Notes: generated by a model from the letters alone, not told the origin. A DNA stretch of 64,000 nucleotides from Methanotrichaceae archaeon (GCA_963813075.1 CAWEXU010000004.1:192001-256000); one strand, 5' to 3'. Positions 9,022 through 19,444 are shown, counted from the first letter of the stretch. Translations and numbers: made by a program.

Positions 9022-10905
9022 ATGGCAGAAAAAGGATCCATTCTATTGGCTGTTTTGCTTGCATTCATCGTATTCGGAGGCCAGGCAAATGGTGATATCA
9101 CCGTCAATCCAGGCGATCGAATTCAGAAGGCTATAGACTCTGCTGCCCCAGGAGAGACCATACTGGTCCAGAGCGGCAGCTACAATGAGAGCCTGGTGGT
9201 GGAAAAATCGCTCGTCCTCCAGGGTGTAGACACTGGCAGCGGCCAGCCTCAACTGCAGTCCGATGAGGGGCCGGCCATAACCCTGACGGCGAGGGGGATA
9301 ACCATTGAGGGATTTTCGGTCAGGAGCCCGAGCGGCGGGAGTGAAGGCATCGGCATACTCGTTCATTCCAATGACAATCTGATAACAGGCAACATTGTCC
9401 AGGGCTGCGTGAATGCAGGAGTTGTACTGAACCGGGCCATCAATAACACCATCCAGGACAATCTGATAGAAAGGAACGGCAATGAGGGGATATACCTGAA
9501 AAACTCCAGCCGAAACCGCCTGGAAGGAAATCGGGTTATGGAAAACGGATACGGCCTGAGGCTGGATGATTCCCATACCAATCAGATAATCGGCAATTTC
9601 TTCCAGAATAACAAATTCGAGGCCATATCTCTGTGGGCCAGCCACTCCAATCTGATTGAAGGCAACTATGCCGAGGATAATGAGGAGGGTGTGGCGATGG
9701 AAAAGAGCCGGAGCAACAAGGTGCACAGAAACGATATTCTGGGAAATGAGAAGGGCATCTCTATCTCGAGTCAGGAGTCCTCTGCAGCGATCTCTGCAAA
9801 GGGAAAGGGAGTATTCATATCCTATAATGCCACCCCATCCGGGCCTTTGACCTACTCTAATAATAGCATCTATCTGAACAACCTATCTAATAGTGAGAAT
9901 GCTTATGACGATGGCCTCAACCGCTGGGACAACGGCCTTATGGGCAACAATTACAGCGACTTCAATGATCCTGAGGAGGGCTGCAGTGGGAGGAAGATCT
10001 GCTCCACCCCATATACGATACCCGGCGGCCCCAGCATAGACGAGTACCCCCAGGCTTCACCAGTTTCTGAGCCCGGCCTGGCCAGCGGCAGAGGTGGTGC
10101 TTTCATGCAGATTGCCGGCACAGGTTTCCTCCCCGGTGAGCAGATCAAGCTGAACTATACCACCGCAGAGGGTATCGAGGCCTGGGTTGTCCTCCGGTCC
10201 ATAGGTCCGGATGACGAAAACACCTCCCAGGATATCCATCTGGGAATGAACACCTCGGGAGAGATCTCATTGACTGCTCCTCAAGAGACTGGCTCCTACC
10301 AGCTGATAATGCACGATGCCAATTCCACAGCCATAATCACTCTGCCATTCAATGTCTCCATCCCCCAGATCAGTGCGTCGCCGTCCTCGGTATTAACCTG
10401 CGAGGAGGTGACCGTCTCCTTCCAGGGAGCGCGGGGAGGGGAAAAGGATTGGATTGGCATGTACCGGGCAGACTCGTCAGATGCCCTTTCCAGCCAGAGC
10501 CTGACCGGAAGGGAAAAGGGTGCGGTCACTTTCACTGCTGAAGAGGCGGGAAGCTACATCTTCAAGCTTTTTGCCACGGGAGAAGCCACCCCAATGGCAT
10601 CAAGCAACCAGGTCGAGGTGCGGGTTAACTCAGGCCATAAAGTGGTTGCCGAGCCATCCCAGGTGGGTCCGGGGGGGACGGTCACCGTTACCTACTGGGG
10701 GGCGGCACCGGCAAGCGTCATCGGCATGTACGGCATTACCAGTCCGGACAAGTTCGACTCGGGGAAGCGTTCCACCGGAGGCAAGAGCTGCGGCAGCATG
10801 GTCTGGCAGCTTCCCTCGAAGCTCGGGCAGTACGACTTCCGGATGTTCGGGGATGACGTCAACCGGCCCATCCTGGCCTATAGCAATGCGGTGACTGTGG
10901 CATAA
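9022..10905 (+). CDS. Secreted NosD/CASH right-handed beta-helix protein with C-terminal Ig-like repeats
   Basis: Signal peptide after ATG 9022, repeated N-x-I-x-G-N motifs, NAYDDGLNRWDNG..GNNYSD..IPGG..D.YP, three beta-sandwich-like C-terminal units. Confidence 0.82.
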   Translation: MAEKGSILLAVLLAFIVFGGQANGDITVNPGDRIQKAIDSAAPGETILVQSGSYNESLVVEKSLVLQGVDTGSGQPQLQSDEGPAITLTARGITIEGFSVRSPSGGSEGIGILVHSNDNLITGNIVQGCVNAGVVLNRAINNTIQDNLIERNGNEGIYLKNSSRNRLEGNRVMENGYGLRLDDSHTNQIIGNFFQNNKFEAISLWASHSNLIEGNYAEDNEEGVAMEKSRSNKVHRNDILGNEKGISISSQESSAAISAKGKGVFISYNATPSGPLTYSNNSIYLNNLSNSENAYDDGLNRWDNGLMGNNYSDFNDPEEGCSGRKICSTPYTIPGGPSIDEYPQASPVSEPGLASGRGGAFMQIAGTGFLPGEQIKLNYTTAEGIEAWVVLRSIGPDDENTSQDIHLGMNTSGEISLTAPQETGSYQLIMHDANSTAIITLPFNVSIPQISASPSSVLTCEEVTVSFQGARGGEKDWIGMYRADSSDALSSQSLTGREKGAVTFTAEEAGSYIFKLFATGEATPMASSNQVEVRVNSGHKVVAEPSQVGPGGTVTVTYWGAAPASVIGMYGITSPDKFDSGKRSTGGKSCGSMVWQLPSKLGQYDFRMFGDDVNRPILAYSNAVTVA

Positions 10906-11043
10906 GGCAGACCGGACGGGTGGCCCTGACTGCAGGGCCCATCCGGTCCAAATCCACCGTTTTTACAGCAAAACCCATACACAGAGAACTAGTCTGTGCA
11001 ATAAAGCTAGTTATTTATGCAAATAAGATGCATATAATAGCTG

Positions 11044-11637
11044 ATGATCGACCTTCTCTTGCTTCTAATTATCCTGGCAGCTCTTGCCGCGGCCGGCTAC
11101 TATATGATGACCTACAACCGCTTGCAGAGCCTGAGAAATGGCGCTGATGCCACCCTCTCCCAGATCCGGGTGGCCATGAAAAAGAGGCTGGACACCATCG
11201 AGCAGCTCGTGGACTCCATCGAGAGCTATGCCCATTTTGAGAGGCAGGTCCTGGAGAAGATCACCGGGATGAGATCAGGGCTCCAGGGAGCAGGGACCGA
11301 AGAATTGGGAAGAATGGAGAAGGAGAGCCGGGGGATCTCGGGCAACATCCGCATGGTGGCAGAGAGCTATCCAGACCTGAAGACCTCTCAGGCAACGATC
11401 AACTCCATGAATGCCATCCGAGAGCTGGAGGATGAGATAGCCAGACACCGGTACACTTACAACAATATCGTTCAGGAGTTCAATACCATGCGCGACACAT
11501 TCCCCTCTCGCTGGATCGCTGCCTCCATGCCCAGGCTCGACTACCTCAACTTCGAGGAGGATGAGCTGCGCCGGGCGGGATACTATACCGGAGAGGAGAC
11601 TGAACCGTCCCGGCCGGAGGGGAAGTGGAAGGTCTGA
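11044..11637 (+). CDS. lemA: LemA family protein
   Basis: N-terminal TM segment, YNRL, KKRLDTI..L, AESYPDLK, EDEIARHRYTYN, FPS. Confidence 0.9.
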   Translation: MIDLLLLLIILAALAAAGYYMMTYNRLQSLRNGADATLSQIRVAMKKRLDTIEQLVDSIESYAHFERQVLEKITGMRSGLQGAGTEELGRMEKESRGISGNIRMVAESYPDLKTSQATINSMNAIRELEDEIARHRYTYNNIVQEFNTMRDTFPSRWIAASMPRLDYLNFEEDELRRAGYYTGEETEPSRPEGKWKV

Positions 11638-11713
11638 TCACTTCAACATTCTGATTATCACATAATCTCATTATCTCATAATTTTCCAGTTTGAAGAGCA
11701 CAGGTGTCGCGAG

Positions 11714-13532
11714 ATGAATGAGGGAAGCCAGGCTGCTACTCTGATCGGCATTGTAGCCCTGATCGGCCTTGCAGGGCTCTATTTGACCGGAGGCATTCCA
11801 TTCCTGGAGGAGCCCAGCCAGCAGGAGCCCATCCCGGAGGCGAGCTTTGAGCTTGGAGACTTTTATGTAGACAGCTACCGGGCAGACCTTTACCTCAATG
11901 GCACTCTGATTGAGAATTTCAGCTATCAGATAGATGCCTCCGAAAAATACCGGATGCTCTACAGGTTCTGGAAGATGCCGGTTATCCAGGGAAGGATCGA
12001 TCTGCCCTATATTGAGTTGCTAAATGTTGTGCCCACTCCGGGCGCTGTGCCCTATGTCAGGTACAGCAATAATGCGGTCAAAGTGCTATCGGCAAATGAT
12101 AGCAACTACAGAGAGGAGATCGAGTCCCTGGCAGAGCAGAATGAGGCAGGCTCTTTCTACCCTCAGATGTTCCCCGCCGGTCGATATCAGATGGAGTATG
12201 TCTTTCTTATTCATCCCTTCCTGGAGTGCGATCAGGATTACTGTCACTGGAACCTCATGCTGGCGAATGAGCATCTGCCCTACCGGCAGCTTGCCATCCG
12301 CATTCATGATCCGGACGATCTGATTGTACAGCTATTCACCCACCCAAAGATGGAGTCTTACAAAGAGGGAGACATCTGGGTTATCACTGGAGCCAGCCCC
12401 AGGAATGGGCTGATAGAGGTTGAGATGCTCCTTTTGCCCGCTGCGAAAGAGATCATAGACGGCTTTCCCAGAGAGGTATCCAATGTCTATGAAAAGACCC
12501 ACTCCACTCAAAAGAAGGGTTATATGGGCTCAGACCTATTGCCCGTGCTTCGCTCTTTGGTGGCCGCATTCCCATTGCTGCTGATCTTTCTCTATCTGCT
12601 GTTTGGCAGAGAGAGGCGCTATACAGTGCCCGAGATCGCTCAGCACCGTCCCGGCAAAGAGAAAGCCCTGGCTGGTCAATATGGTATTCAAGGATGATCC
12701 CCATGAATTTGAGCCCGATGGATTCTATGCCACACTGCTGGATTTGCATAAGCGCAATATAATCGAGCTGGGCAGGACATCTTTCACCGAGATTCGCCTT
12801 CTTCCCGGCGATTGGAGCGATATGGACCGCTATGAGAGAAAGGTCCTTGATTTTCTGAGAGACAACTCCACAAAGGATGTTTTTTCGGCCCGCGGGCTGG
12901 AGAACAGGATCAATAATCTGACTAAGTCGCATGACTCAAGAAGGCTGGCCGAGTTGAGGGCAGACATGGAAGGGATACTCCATTATAGAGATGATGACGC
13001 CGTTCGAGAGTTCGTCGCCGGAAGGAATCTATTGGCTTTGGGCTTGAACAAGAAAAAGCTGAGTTCGCCATTCATCTGGGCGGCAATCATCCTGATTTTT
13101 GTATTGGCGCAGGATATCGTATCCAATCCAGCAGCCATAGCATTGGTAATCCTTGCCCTGCAGTCAACAGCAGTGGCATTTGCCCCGTCCACTCTGCTCG
13201 GCCAGTGGAAGAAAGACTACTACAAAGAAAAGCTGGAGTGGGATTCATTCCGGACCTTTTTGGGCGACTACGCCATGATCAGAAAGTATTCTGCAGATGA
13301 CCTTAACATGTGGAAGGAATGGCTGATCTACGGCACAGCACTTGGGGTGGGAGATACGGTGGAGAAGGCGATGATGGACCTGAATATTGCCATTCCCGAG
13401 GCGGCTGCCATACATAACATAGGGATCAGCTTTGTCGATGCCCTCACCGCCAGCATGCCAGATTCAAGCGACTCCGGTGGAGGGTTCGGCTTCGGCGGGG
13501 GAGGGGGAGGAGGCGGCGGTGGGATCCGGTAG
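11714..13532 (+). CDS. DUF2207 family membrane protein, copy 1; +1 frame break near 12632
   Basis: ORFs 11714-12697 and 12603-13532 join. KPWLVN, GFYATLLDL, W.EWLIYGTALGV, Gly-rich C-terminus. Follows lemA. Confidence 0.82.
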
Positions 13533-13605
13533 TGGCCCAATTCATGGCACGGTATCCTTCCTGGATCACGGAATTCAGGCAAAGGCATCGAGGTGGTGAG
13601 GCAGG

Positions 13606-15428
13606 ATGAACGAAGGGAGCCAGGCGGCTATATTGATTGGCATTGTGGCCCTGATCGGCTTTGGCGGGCTCTATATAACCGGAGGTATTCCATTTTTGGA
13701 GGAGCCCTTCCCGGCAGGCTTTTTCCTGGGGGATGTTTACGTAGAAAGCTATCAGGCGGATCTGTACCTCAACGGTACATTGAGCGAAGAGTTCGACTAC
13801 CGGATAAAAAAATCGGGAGCCTACAGGATGCTCTACCGGAACTGGAAGATGCCCCTTTCTGCGGAGCACATGGTTTTGCCTTACATAGAGCCCCTGGAGA
13901 TCCTTCCTACTCCCGGGGCCGTCCCCTATGTCAAGGACAATACTGGAGCTGTGCAGATATTATCGCCCGCGGACAGCCGCTACAAGAGCGAGGTCGCCTC
14001 CCTGGCAGAGAGGAATGAGGCAGGAGGCTACTATCCCCAGCGATTCACTGCCGGGCAGTATCAGATGGAGTACCTTTTCCGCATTCATCCATACCTTGAG
14101 TGTGACCAGGAGTTCTGCCACTGGAACCTTATGCTGGCGGATGAGCATCTGCCCTACCGGCAAATTGAGATACGCATTCATGATCCCGACGATCTGATTG
14201 TAGAGCTCTTCACCCATCCTCAGATGAGAATGCAAAAGGAGGACAAGATGTGGGTCATCACCGGGGGCAGCCCCAAAGATGAGCTGATAGAGGTTGAGAT
14301 GCTTCTTGTGCCCGGAGCGAAGGAAGGCATTGGGGGCTTTCCCAGAGAGGTCTCCGAATGTCTATCAGAAGACCATCTCCGCCCAGGAAGGGGGCTCAAG
14401 CCTATTGCTCGTGCTGCGCTCTTTGGTGGCAGCACTGCCGTTGCTATTGATTCTCATCTACCTGTTAATTGGCCGGGAGAAGAGATTTACCGTGCCCAGG
14501 GCTCTTTCCACCCCGCCCAGCAAGAGACGTCCCTGGCAGGTTAATATGCTCTTCAAGGGGGATGCATTCGACTTCGATCCCGATGGATTCTATGCCACAT
14601 TGCTGGACCTGCATAAGCGGGATATCATCCGGATAGATACATTATCCGGGACCCAGATCATGGTTCTCTCCCCGTCCGCTACCGGATCTCGATGAGTATG
14701 AGAGGAAGGTGATCGAGTTTCTCCGGGACAACTCCCAGGGGAAAGCGTTCTCAGCTTCTGGCTTTGAGGCGAGAGTGAAATCGCTGGCCCAGTCCAACGA
14801 TACCGGCCAGCTGGCCAGGCTGCGCAGTGCCATGGATGAGATACTGCATTATGTCGATGAAGATATGGTTCGCCGTCATGCGGTGGGCAGGAGCATCAGA
14901 GCCCTGGGAATCAGGGTTCAGAGCAGGCAGCTGATCATTCCACTCATCTGGGGAGCTATTTTCATCGTCCCCTTTTTCCTGGGATCGGGCATCCTGGAAA
15001 ATCCAACTGCAATCACGGCCATGATTCTGACTTTGCAGTCGAGCCTGGCCGCATTTGCTCCCTCCACCCTCTTTGGCCGCTGGAAGGAGGATTACTATAA
15101 AGAGAAGCTGGAATGGGATTCTTTCCGGGCCTTTTTGGGAGACTTTGCCATGATCCAGCGGTATTCACCCAGTGACCTGAATATATGGAAGGAGTGGCTT
15201 ATCTACGGCACAGCTCTCGGGGTAGGGGACAAAGTGGAGAGGGCGTTGAGGGATTTGAACATCCCCATCCCCGAGGCGGTGGCCATCCATACCATTCATA
15301 CCAGCTTCGGCCATGCCTACTCCTCCAGCGTGCCCAGCTCCAGCAGCTCGGGAGGATTTGGCGGGGGAAGCGGGGGCGGATTTGGCGGTGGCGGCGGTGG
15401 GGGAGGAGGCGGAGGAGGGGCGAGGTGA
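13606..15428 (+). CDS. DUF2207 family membrane protein, copy 2; +1 frame breaks near 14356 and 14684
   Basis: Three ORF pieces collinear with copy 1, from MNEGSQAA to GGGGGGAR. Confidence 0.82.
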
Positions 15429-15754
15429 AGCCCTCCCTTCACTCTTCGCCCGGCGATTTAGGAACTATTATGAGCAGTATCTGCGCATCGAATCCGGTCC
15501 CTTGAGCGGAGGAAGACTCCTGCAGAACTGGCCCGGGCCGGATGAAAACCCATTATTCCCATGGCACTATCACTATCTATTGCCTTTATCAGAGGAGAGG
15601 CAAAAGATTGTCGATATGATTTATTATGAACTTTTCTTAAATAGGTTTAATTGAAAGACCCAGGATACTTATCAAATTGGGTTCAGAGAAAAGGTCGAGC
15701 TTAAATAAGAGAAGATTTCGAGAGCGCATCAATGATGATTCAAGGAGAGTAAAT

Positions 15755-16018
15755 ATGCTCAGCATCGAAAGGACAAACAATAAGGGTGAGGTCGAGGTTG
15801 CGATCTGCCCGCTGTGCAACCTGCAGATAGAATTCGTGGGCGCGCCCATGATCAGATGTTACACCACAGGGGAGACCTATGAGCAAGAGGAGATCGTGTG
15901 GACTCCCAAATCCCGGGTTTCCAAGACCACCGGCTACGATGCAGAGAACATAAGAGGAAATGAGATAGACGACTTTCTTCCCAATGGAGTTGCTGCGGGG
16001 GAGGATAGAGAGGAGTAG
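15755..16018 (+). CDS. Small hypothetical protein with CxxC motif
   Basis: AGGAG before ATG 15755. ICPLCN...RCY, acidic tail. Confidence 0.5.
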   Translation: MLSIERTNNKGEVEVAICPLCNLQIEFVGAPMIRCYTTGETYEQEEIVWTPKSRVSKTTGYDAENIRGNEIDDFLPNGVAAGEDREE

Positions 16019-16570
16019 CGTAGCGGCTGAGCGGGCCGATGATTTATACTTTCAAAAGGCAAGCTATTTTATAATTTGATTTATTCTCATATCATTTCCA
16101 TTTCAGCAGCCAGACCCTGCTTGATGCTTCTGGCAAGTGACATAAACTTCTGATTATACCAATAAAAATATAAAATTTAGGCAGGAGAATCTCATTGATA
16201 GATTTCCTTGGCAATGATCGCTTCAGCAGCTTTGCAGCGGGCTCCGCGCGCGAAAAGACGCGCGATACGTTCCGGGCGCCCCTCAAGGCCGGGCAGGCTT
16301 GGACAAAACAATGGAGAAAGGTTCAGCTTGAGTCCAAGTGTTGTGGAGATTACCCACAGACTACTGAACTGTTATCGAACAAGCCATACCCAATCCCTTC
16401 TGGCAGTCTTAGTCCCTGTTTTTGTGGAACCTTGCTCTCCTGTGCCCAGTGCCGGGTGAGGCCGTGGAAACGGGCATTCCTCATCTCCAGCCCTCCTGTG
16501 CCCGCTGGCGCACGCATGTGCGGGCGAAGGCGGGTGAAGGTGCAGATTATGCAACTTCATATTGCTGGAA

Positions 16571-17563
16571 TTAGTCCGTAAATTCCAGTTCTTCGGCCCT
16601 GGCAAATGCTGCATCGGCCTCTGTAGTGCGACCGAGCGACTGGAGTGTGAAGGCTTTGCCGAACCAGGCGTTAGCATGTTGCGGATTGAGCTCGATGGCA
16701 TTATTGAATGCTTGCAGTGCCCCATCATAGTTACCTTGCAGGCCTAGAGCAACGCCTTTGTTGACCCAAGCATCCGCTAATTTTGGGTCGATCTCGATGG
16801 CCTTATCCAATGTCTGTAGCGCCTCATCATATTTGCCTTGTTGACCTAGAGCAATGCCTTTGTTGCTCCAGGCTGCCGCATATTTAGGATTGATTTCGAT
16901 AGCCTTATTATATAATTGGATGGCCTCATCGTAATTGCCCTCACCATTGAGAGAATTTCCTTTGTTGTACCATGCTACTGACAATTGCGGATCAATCTCG
17001 ATGGCCCTATTGTATGCCTTGATAGCCTCATCATATTTGCCTTGATCATAGAGAACCATGCCTTTGCCGTTCCAGGCATCTCCATAATTTGGATCGATCT
17101 CGATGGCCCTGTTGTATGCCTGAATGGATTCATCGAACTTACCCAGGAAATAGAGTGCATTTCCTTTATTGGACCAGGTCACTGCCGATTGAGGATCAAT
17201 CTCGATTACCTTATCGAATGTCACCAGTGCTTCATCATACTCTCCTAGTTGGCCGAGAGCAGTGCCTTTGTTATTCAATACAACTGACAATTGTGGATCG
17301 ATCTCGATGGCCCTATCGTATGCCTTGATGGCTTCATCGTATTTGCCAAGATTGGTGAGAGCAAGGCCTTTATTGTTCCAGGCTTCTACATATTGTGGAT
17401 TTAGCTCGATTGCTTCATTAAGAGCGTCGATTGATTCGTTGTACTTGTTTTCGAATAAGAGCGCATTCCCTTTCTCGAGCCAATCCTTTGCCGTCGTCTG
17501 CCCAAATGCTGGAGCACTTAGCATTGCCAAAATCATCAATATCTGAACAAGTTTTGCTTTAAT
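16571..17563 (-). CDS. Secreted tetratricopeptide-repeat protein (about 9 TPRs)
   Basis: Repeated W.NKG.AL...GKYDEAI.AY..AIEIDP units. The signal peptide is complete only if translation starts at ATT 17563. Confidence 0.9.
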   Translation of the reverse strand: MKAKLVQILMILAMLSAPAFGQTTAKDWLEKGNALLFENKYNESIDALNEAIELNPQYVEAWNNKGLALTNLGKYDEAIKAYDRAIEIDPQLSVVLNNKGTALGQLGEYDEALVTFDKVIEIDPQSAVTWSNKGNALYFLGKFDESIQAYNRAIEIDPNYGDAWNGKGMVLYDQGKYDEAIKAYNRAIEIDPQLSVAWYNKGNSLNGEGNYDEAIQLYNKAIEINPKYAAAWSNKGIALGQQGKYDEALQTLDKAIEIDPKLADAWVNKGVALGLQGNYDGALQAFNNAIELNPQHANAWFGKAFTLQSLGRTTEADAAFARAEELEFTD

Positions 17564-17741
17564 AGGGCCTTCCTCCGCATTCGATCATATTAACCTACTT
17601 ATAAAAATAGTTTGCGCAGCGGGAACAGCGCTGGGATGCTGCGGCGCAGGTATTCATCAGATGCTTTGATGCCATGTTTCTCTCGAAGCTCCTGGATTGG
17701 GAGACAAAGGCTATATCTCATCAATGGTAATAAATCTAGCA

Positions 17742-17999
17742 ATGTTTATAGAGTACATCAAAGCGGCAATGGATAAGGCGACTTACGAGATCATAGACGA
17801 CCCGGAGCCCTTTTATGGCGAGATCCCAGAGCTTCAGGGAGTCTGGGCCACAGGAAAGACCCTTGAGGCTTGCCGGGATGAGCTCATGAGCGCTCTTGAG
17901 GATTGGATAGCCTTTCGCCTCAGAACCGGGCGATCGATCCCTCCGATCGGTGGAGCAACAATTGTTGTCTCATCGGAGCCTGTCAGCATTGTCGAATAA
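17742..17999 (+). CDS. hicB: HicB family antitoxin
   Basis: FYGEIPELQGVWATGKTLEACRDEL..ALEDW......G..IP. Confidence 0.88.
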   Translation: MFIEYIKAAMDKATYEIIDDPEPFYGEIPELQGVWATGKTLEACRDELMSALEDWIAFRLRTGRSIPPIGGATIVVSSEPVSIVE

Positions 18000-18177
18000 A
18001 TTGACTCCAGTCTCAAGGCGTGAGCTTATAAAGCGACTGAGCAAGCTGGGATTTGATGGTCCCTACCCAGGCTCCAGGCATGACGTCATGGCCAGGGGAG
18101 AGATATCCATCATCATACCCAATTCCCATCGTGGTGAAGAGATCAGCAAAAACCTGATAGCAAGAAAGCGATCTTGA
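17989..18177 (+). pseudogene. hicA: HicA family toxin, C-terminally truncated at the IS remnant junction (about 18165)
   Basis: LTPVSRRELIKRLSKLGF.GPY.GSRH..M.RG...IIIPN.H. The expected last helix is replaced by antisense tnpB sequence. Confidence 0.8.
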
Positions 18178-18574
18178 TATCTCCGATCTTGGATAACCAT
18201 AGTCAGCGAGGCTTCAGGGCAAGAGCTGATCGAGCATAGGTGAAGCTATCGTACTGCCATAGCCCTTGAACCTGGGATATCCGGGTTTCCTCCTGCCTCG
18301 ACTCTTCGGAAGAAGGCTTGATAGGCCAAATCGAACTCTTCGACGACTTCCTGTAGAACCTGAGAATGGACTTCTGTTCAATTCGAGCTTTTCTTCTTTC
18401 CATCCTGGCAAAAGCTTCTGGTATCGTAATAGGAGCAGAAAATTGCCTTCTTGCTCGTAAGCGCTTCCTGATCGGATGGCACTTCGTCATAGGTCGATCT
18501 GCAAAGCTCCAAGGTATCAGCCATCTTGGCTTGAGATTTTGTAGGAAGATCCTATAGCGAAGCACTTTCAGCAA
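18165..18574 (-). pseudogene. tnpB: TnpB N-terminal remnant (frameshifted, RuvC part missing)
   Basis: MLKVLRYRIF, RKPGYPRFKGYG, YDSFTY and LWLSKIGDIKI, spread over different frames. Confidence 0.82.
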
Positions 18575-18575
18575 A

Positions 18576-18975
18576 TCACTTCACCTTTTGCATCTCTACA
18601 TATCGATTGCATTACATCCTTGGTAGCATTCCAAAGTGCCAACATAGTAAGTATGGATTTCAAAGATGGCGATTCCAAAGCTGATCTCGTAGTTCAGGAT
18701 GCGTTGTCAAAGAGCTTCTTTGCCGTAAAGCCTTTGAAGATCTGGCAATGACAACAGGAGAAATAGGTCAGCTGTCATGAAGAGGTGAACATGATCCGGC
18801 AGGATCTCTGATTGATCAATGTAATTCCCTTCCGCTTTGCTATCAATTCATGCACCAATGAAGGTCTTCGGCGATTGAACCAGTAAGAACCTTCCTTCGA
18901 TACTTTGTTGACCATACAAAGTGGTAATACACGTTATGGAGACCTCTTGCGCTTATCCAATGCTCTGCTAGTCAT
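18576..18975 (-). pseudogene. tnpA: IS200-type Y1 HUH transposase remnant (absent from the ORF track)
   Basis: Manual minus-strand translation across frames: YYHFVWSTKYRRKVLTG, EILPDHVHLF, IFKGFTAKKLF, ELRDQLWNRHL, TYYVGT, RYVEMQKVK*. Confidence 0.85.
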
Positions 18976-19067
18976 TCTGAATTACACATATGGTTACCAT
19001 ACGTATATATACCTATCGATAGGCACGGCTGTATCCCGCCTTTGAAAAAGCTGGATTAGCATAGTCT

Positions 19068-19316
19068 CTAAACGACCTCAGCTCCGAGGGGAACAAAGGA
19101 GGCATCCTCTAGGCTCTTTGAGGCAAAGAAAAGACAAGCATAGATGTCATCCTTCGCCAGACCGGGATACTCTTCTAAAATCGCCTCCATACTGATGCCA
19201 TGAGCCAGAAGCCCCAGGATATACTCCACGGTGAGTCTTGTGCCCCTGATGACAGGTTTGCCCACCATTATCTTGGGATTTATGGTTATCCTTTCCAGCA
19301 GCTCTTCGTTGTTCAC
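19068..19316 (-). CDS. DUF433 family antitoxin-like protein
   Basis: RITINPKIMVGKPVIRGTRLTVEYIL..LA.G....ILEEYPGL..DDIYACL. Confidence 0.9.
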   Translation of the reverse strand: MNNEELLERITINPKIMVGKPVIRGTRLTVEYILGLLAHGISMEAILEEYPGLAKDDIYACLFFASKSLEDASFVPLGAEVV

Positions 19317-19444
19317 GATGATGCTATTTGATGCTCTTTTGATAAACGTGAGGACATCCAGAAAAGAGTCTGATCGCTCGCCATAGAACTCAGATCGTCA
19401 GCGAGCATTCAGAGAGGGATAAAAAATTAAGAAATGGAGAAGAA

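Larger units (their letters stand above)
18165..19056 (-). mobile_element. Decayed IS200/IS605-family element (tnpA plus 5' part of tnpB, same orientation)
   Basis: tnpA and tnpB remnants listed below. Imperfect hairpin ATCCCGCCTTTGAAAAAGCTGGAT at 19033-19056 is a candidate left end. Confidence 0.85.

Noticed and set aside
13530..13605. Amber (pyrrolysine) readthrough fusing the two DUF2207 copies
   Set aside because: The TAG follows the natural Gly-rich C-terminus, and copy 2 is in another frame with its own start
15430..15680. ORFs 15185-15505 and 15313-15654
   Set aside because: They start inside the Gly-rich tail of DUF2207 and have no protein-like features
16225..16520. Group II intron (minus-strand GTGCG at about 16513, GC hairpin near 16240)
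   Set aside because: No convincing domain V (AGC/CGC triad helix), no RT ORF, and the tract is too short
16571..17539. Roughly 102-bp periodic DNA repeats as a possible CRISPR array
   Set aside because: They are the coding TPR repeats. No repeat-spacer array or cas gene was seen in the window.
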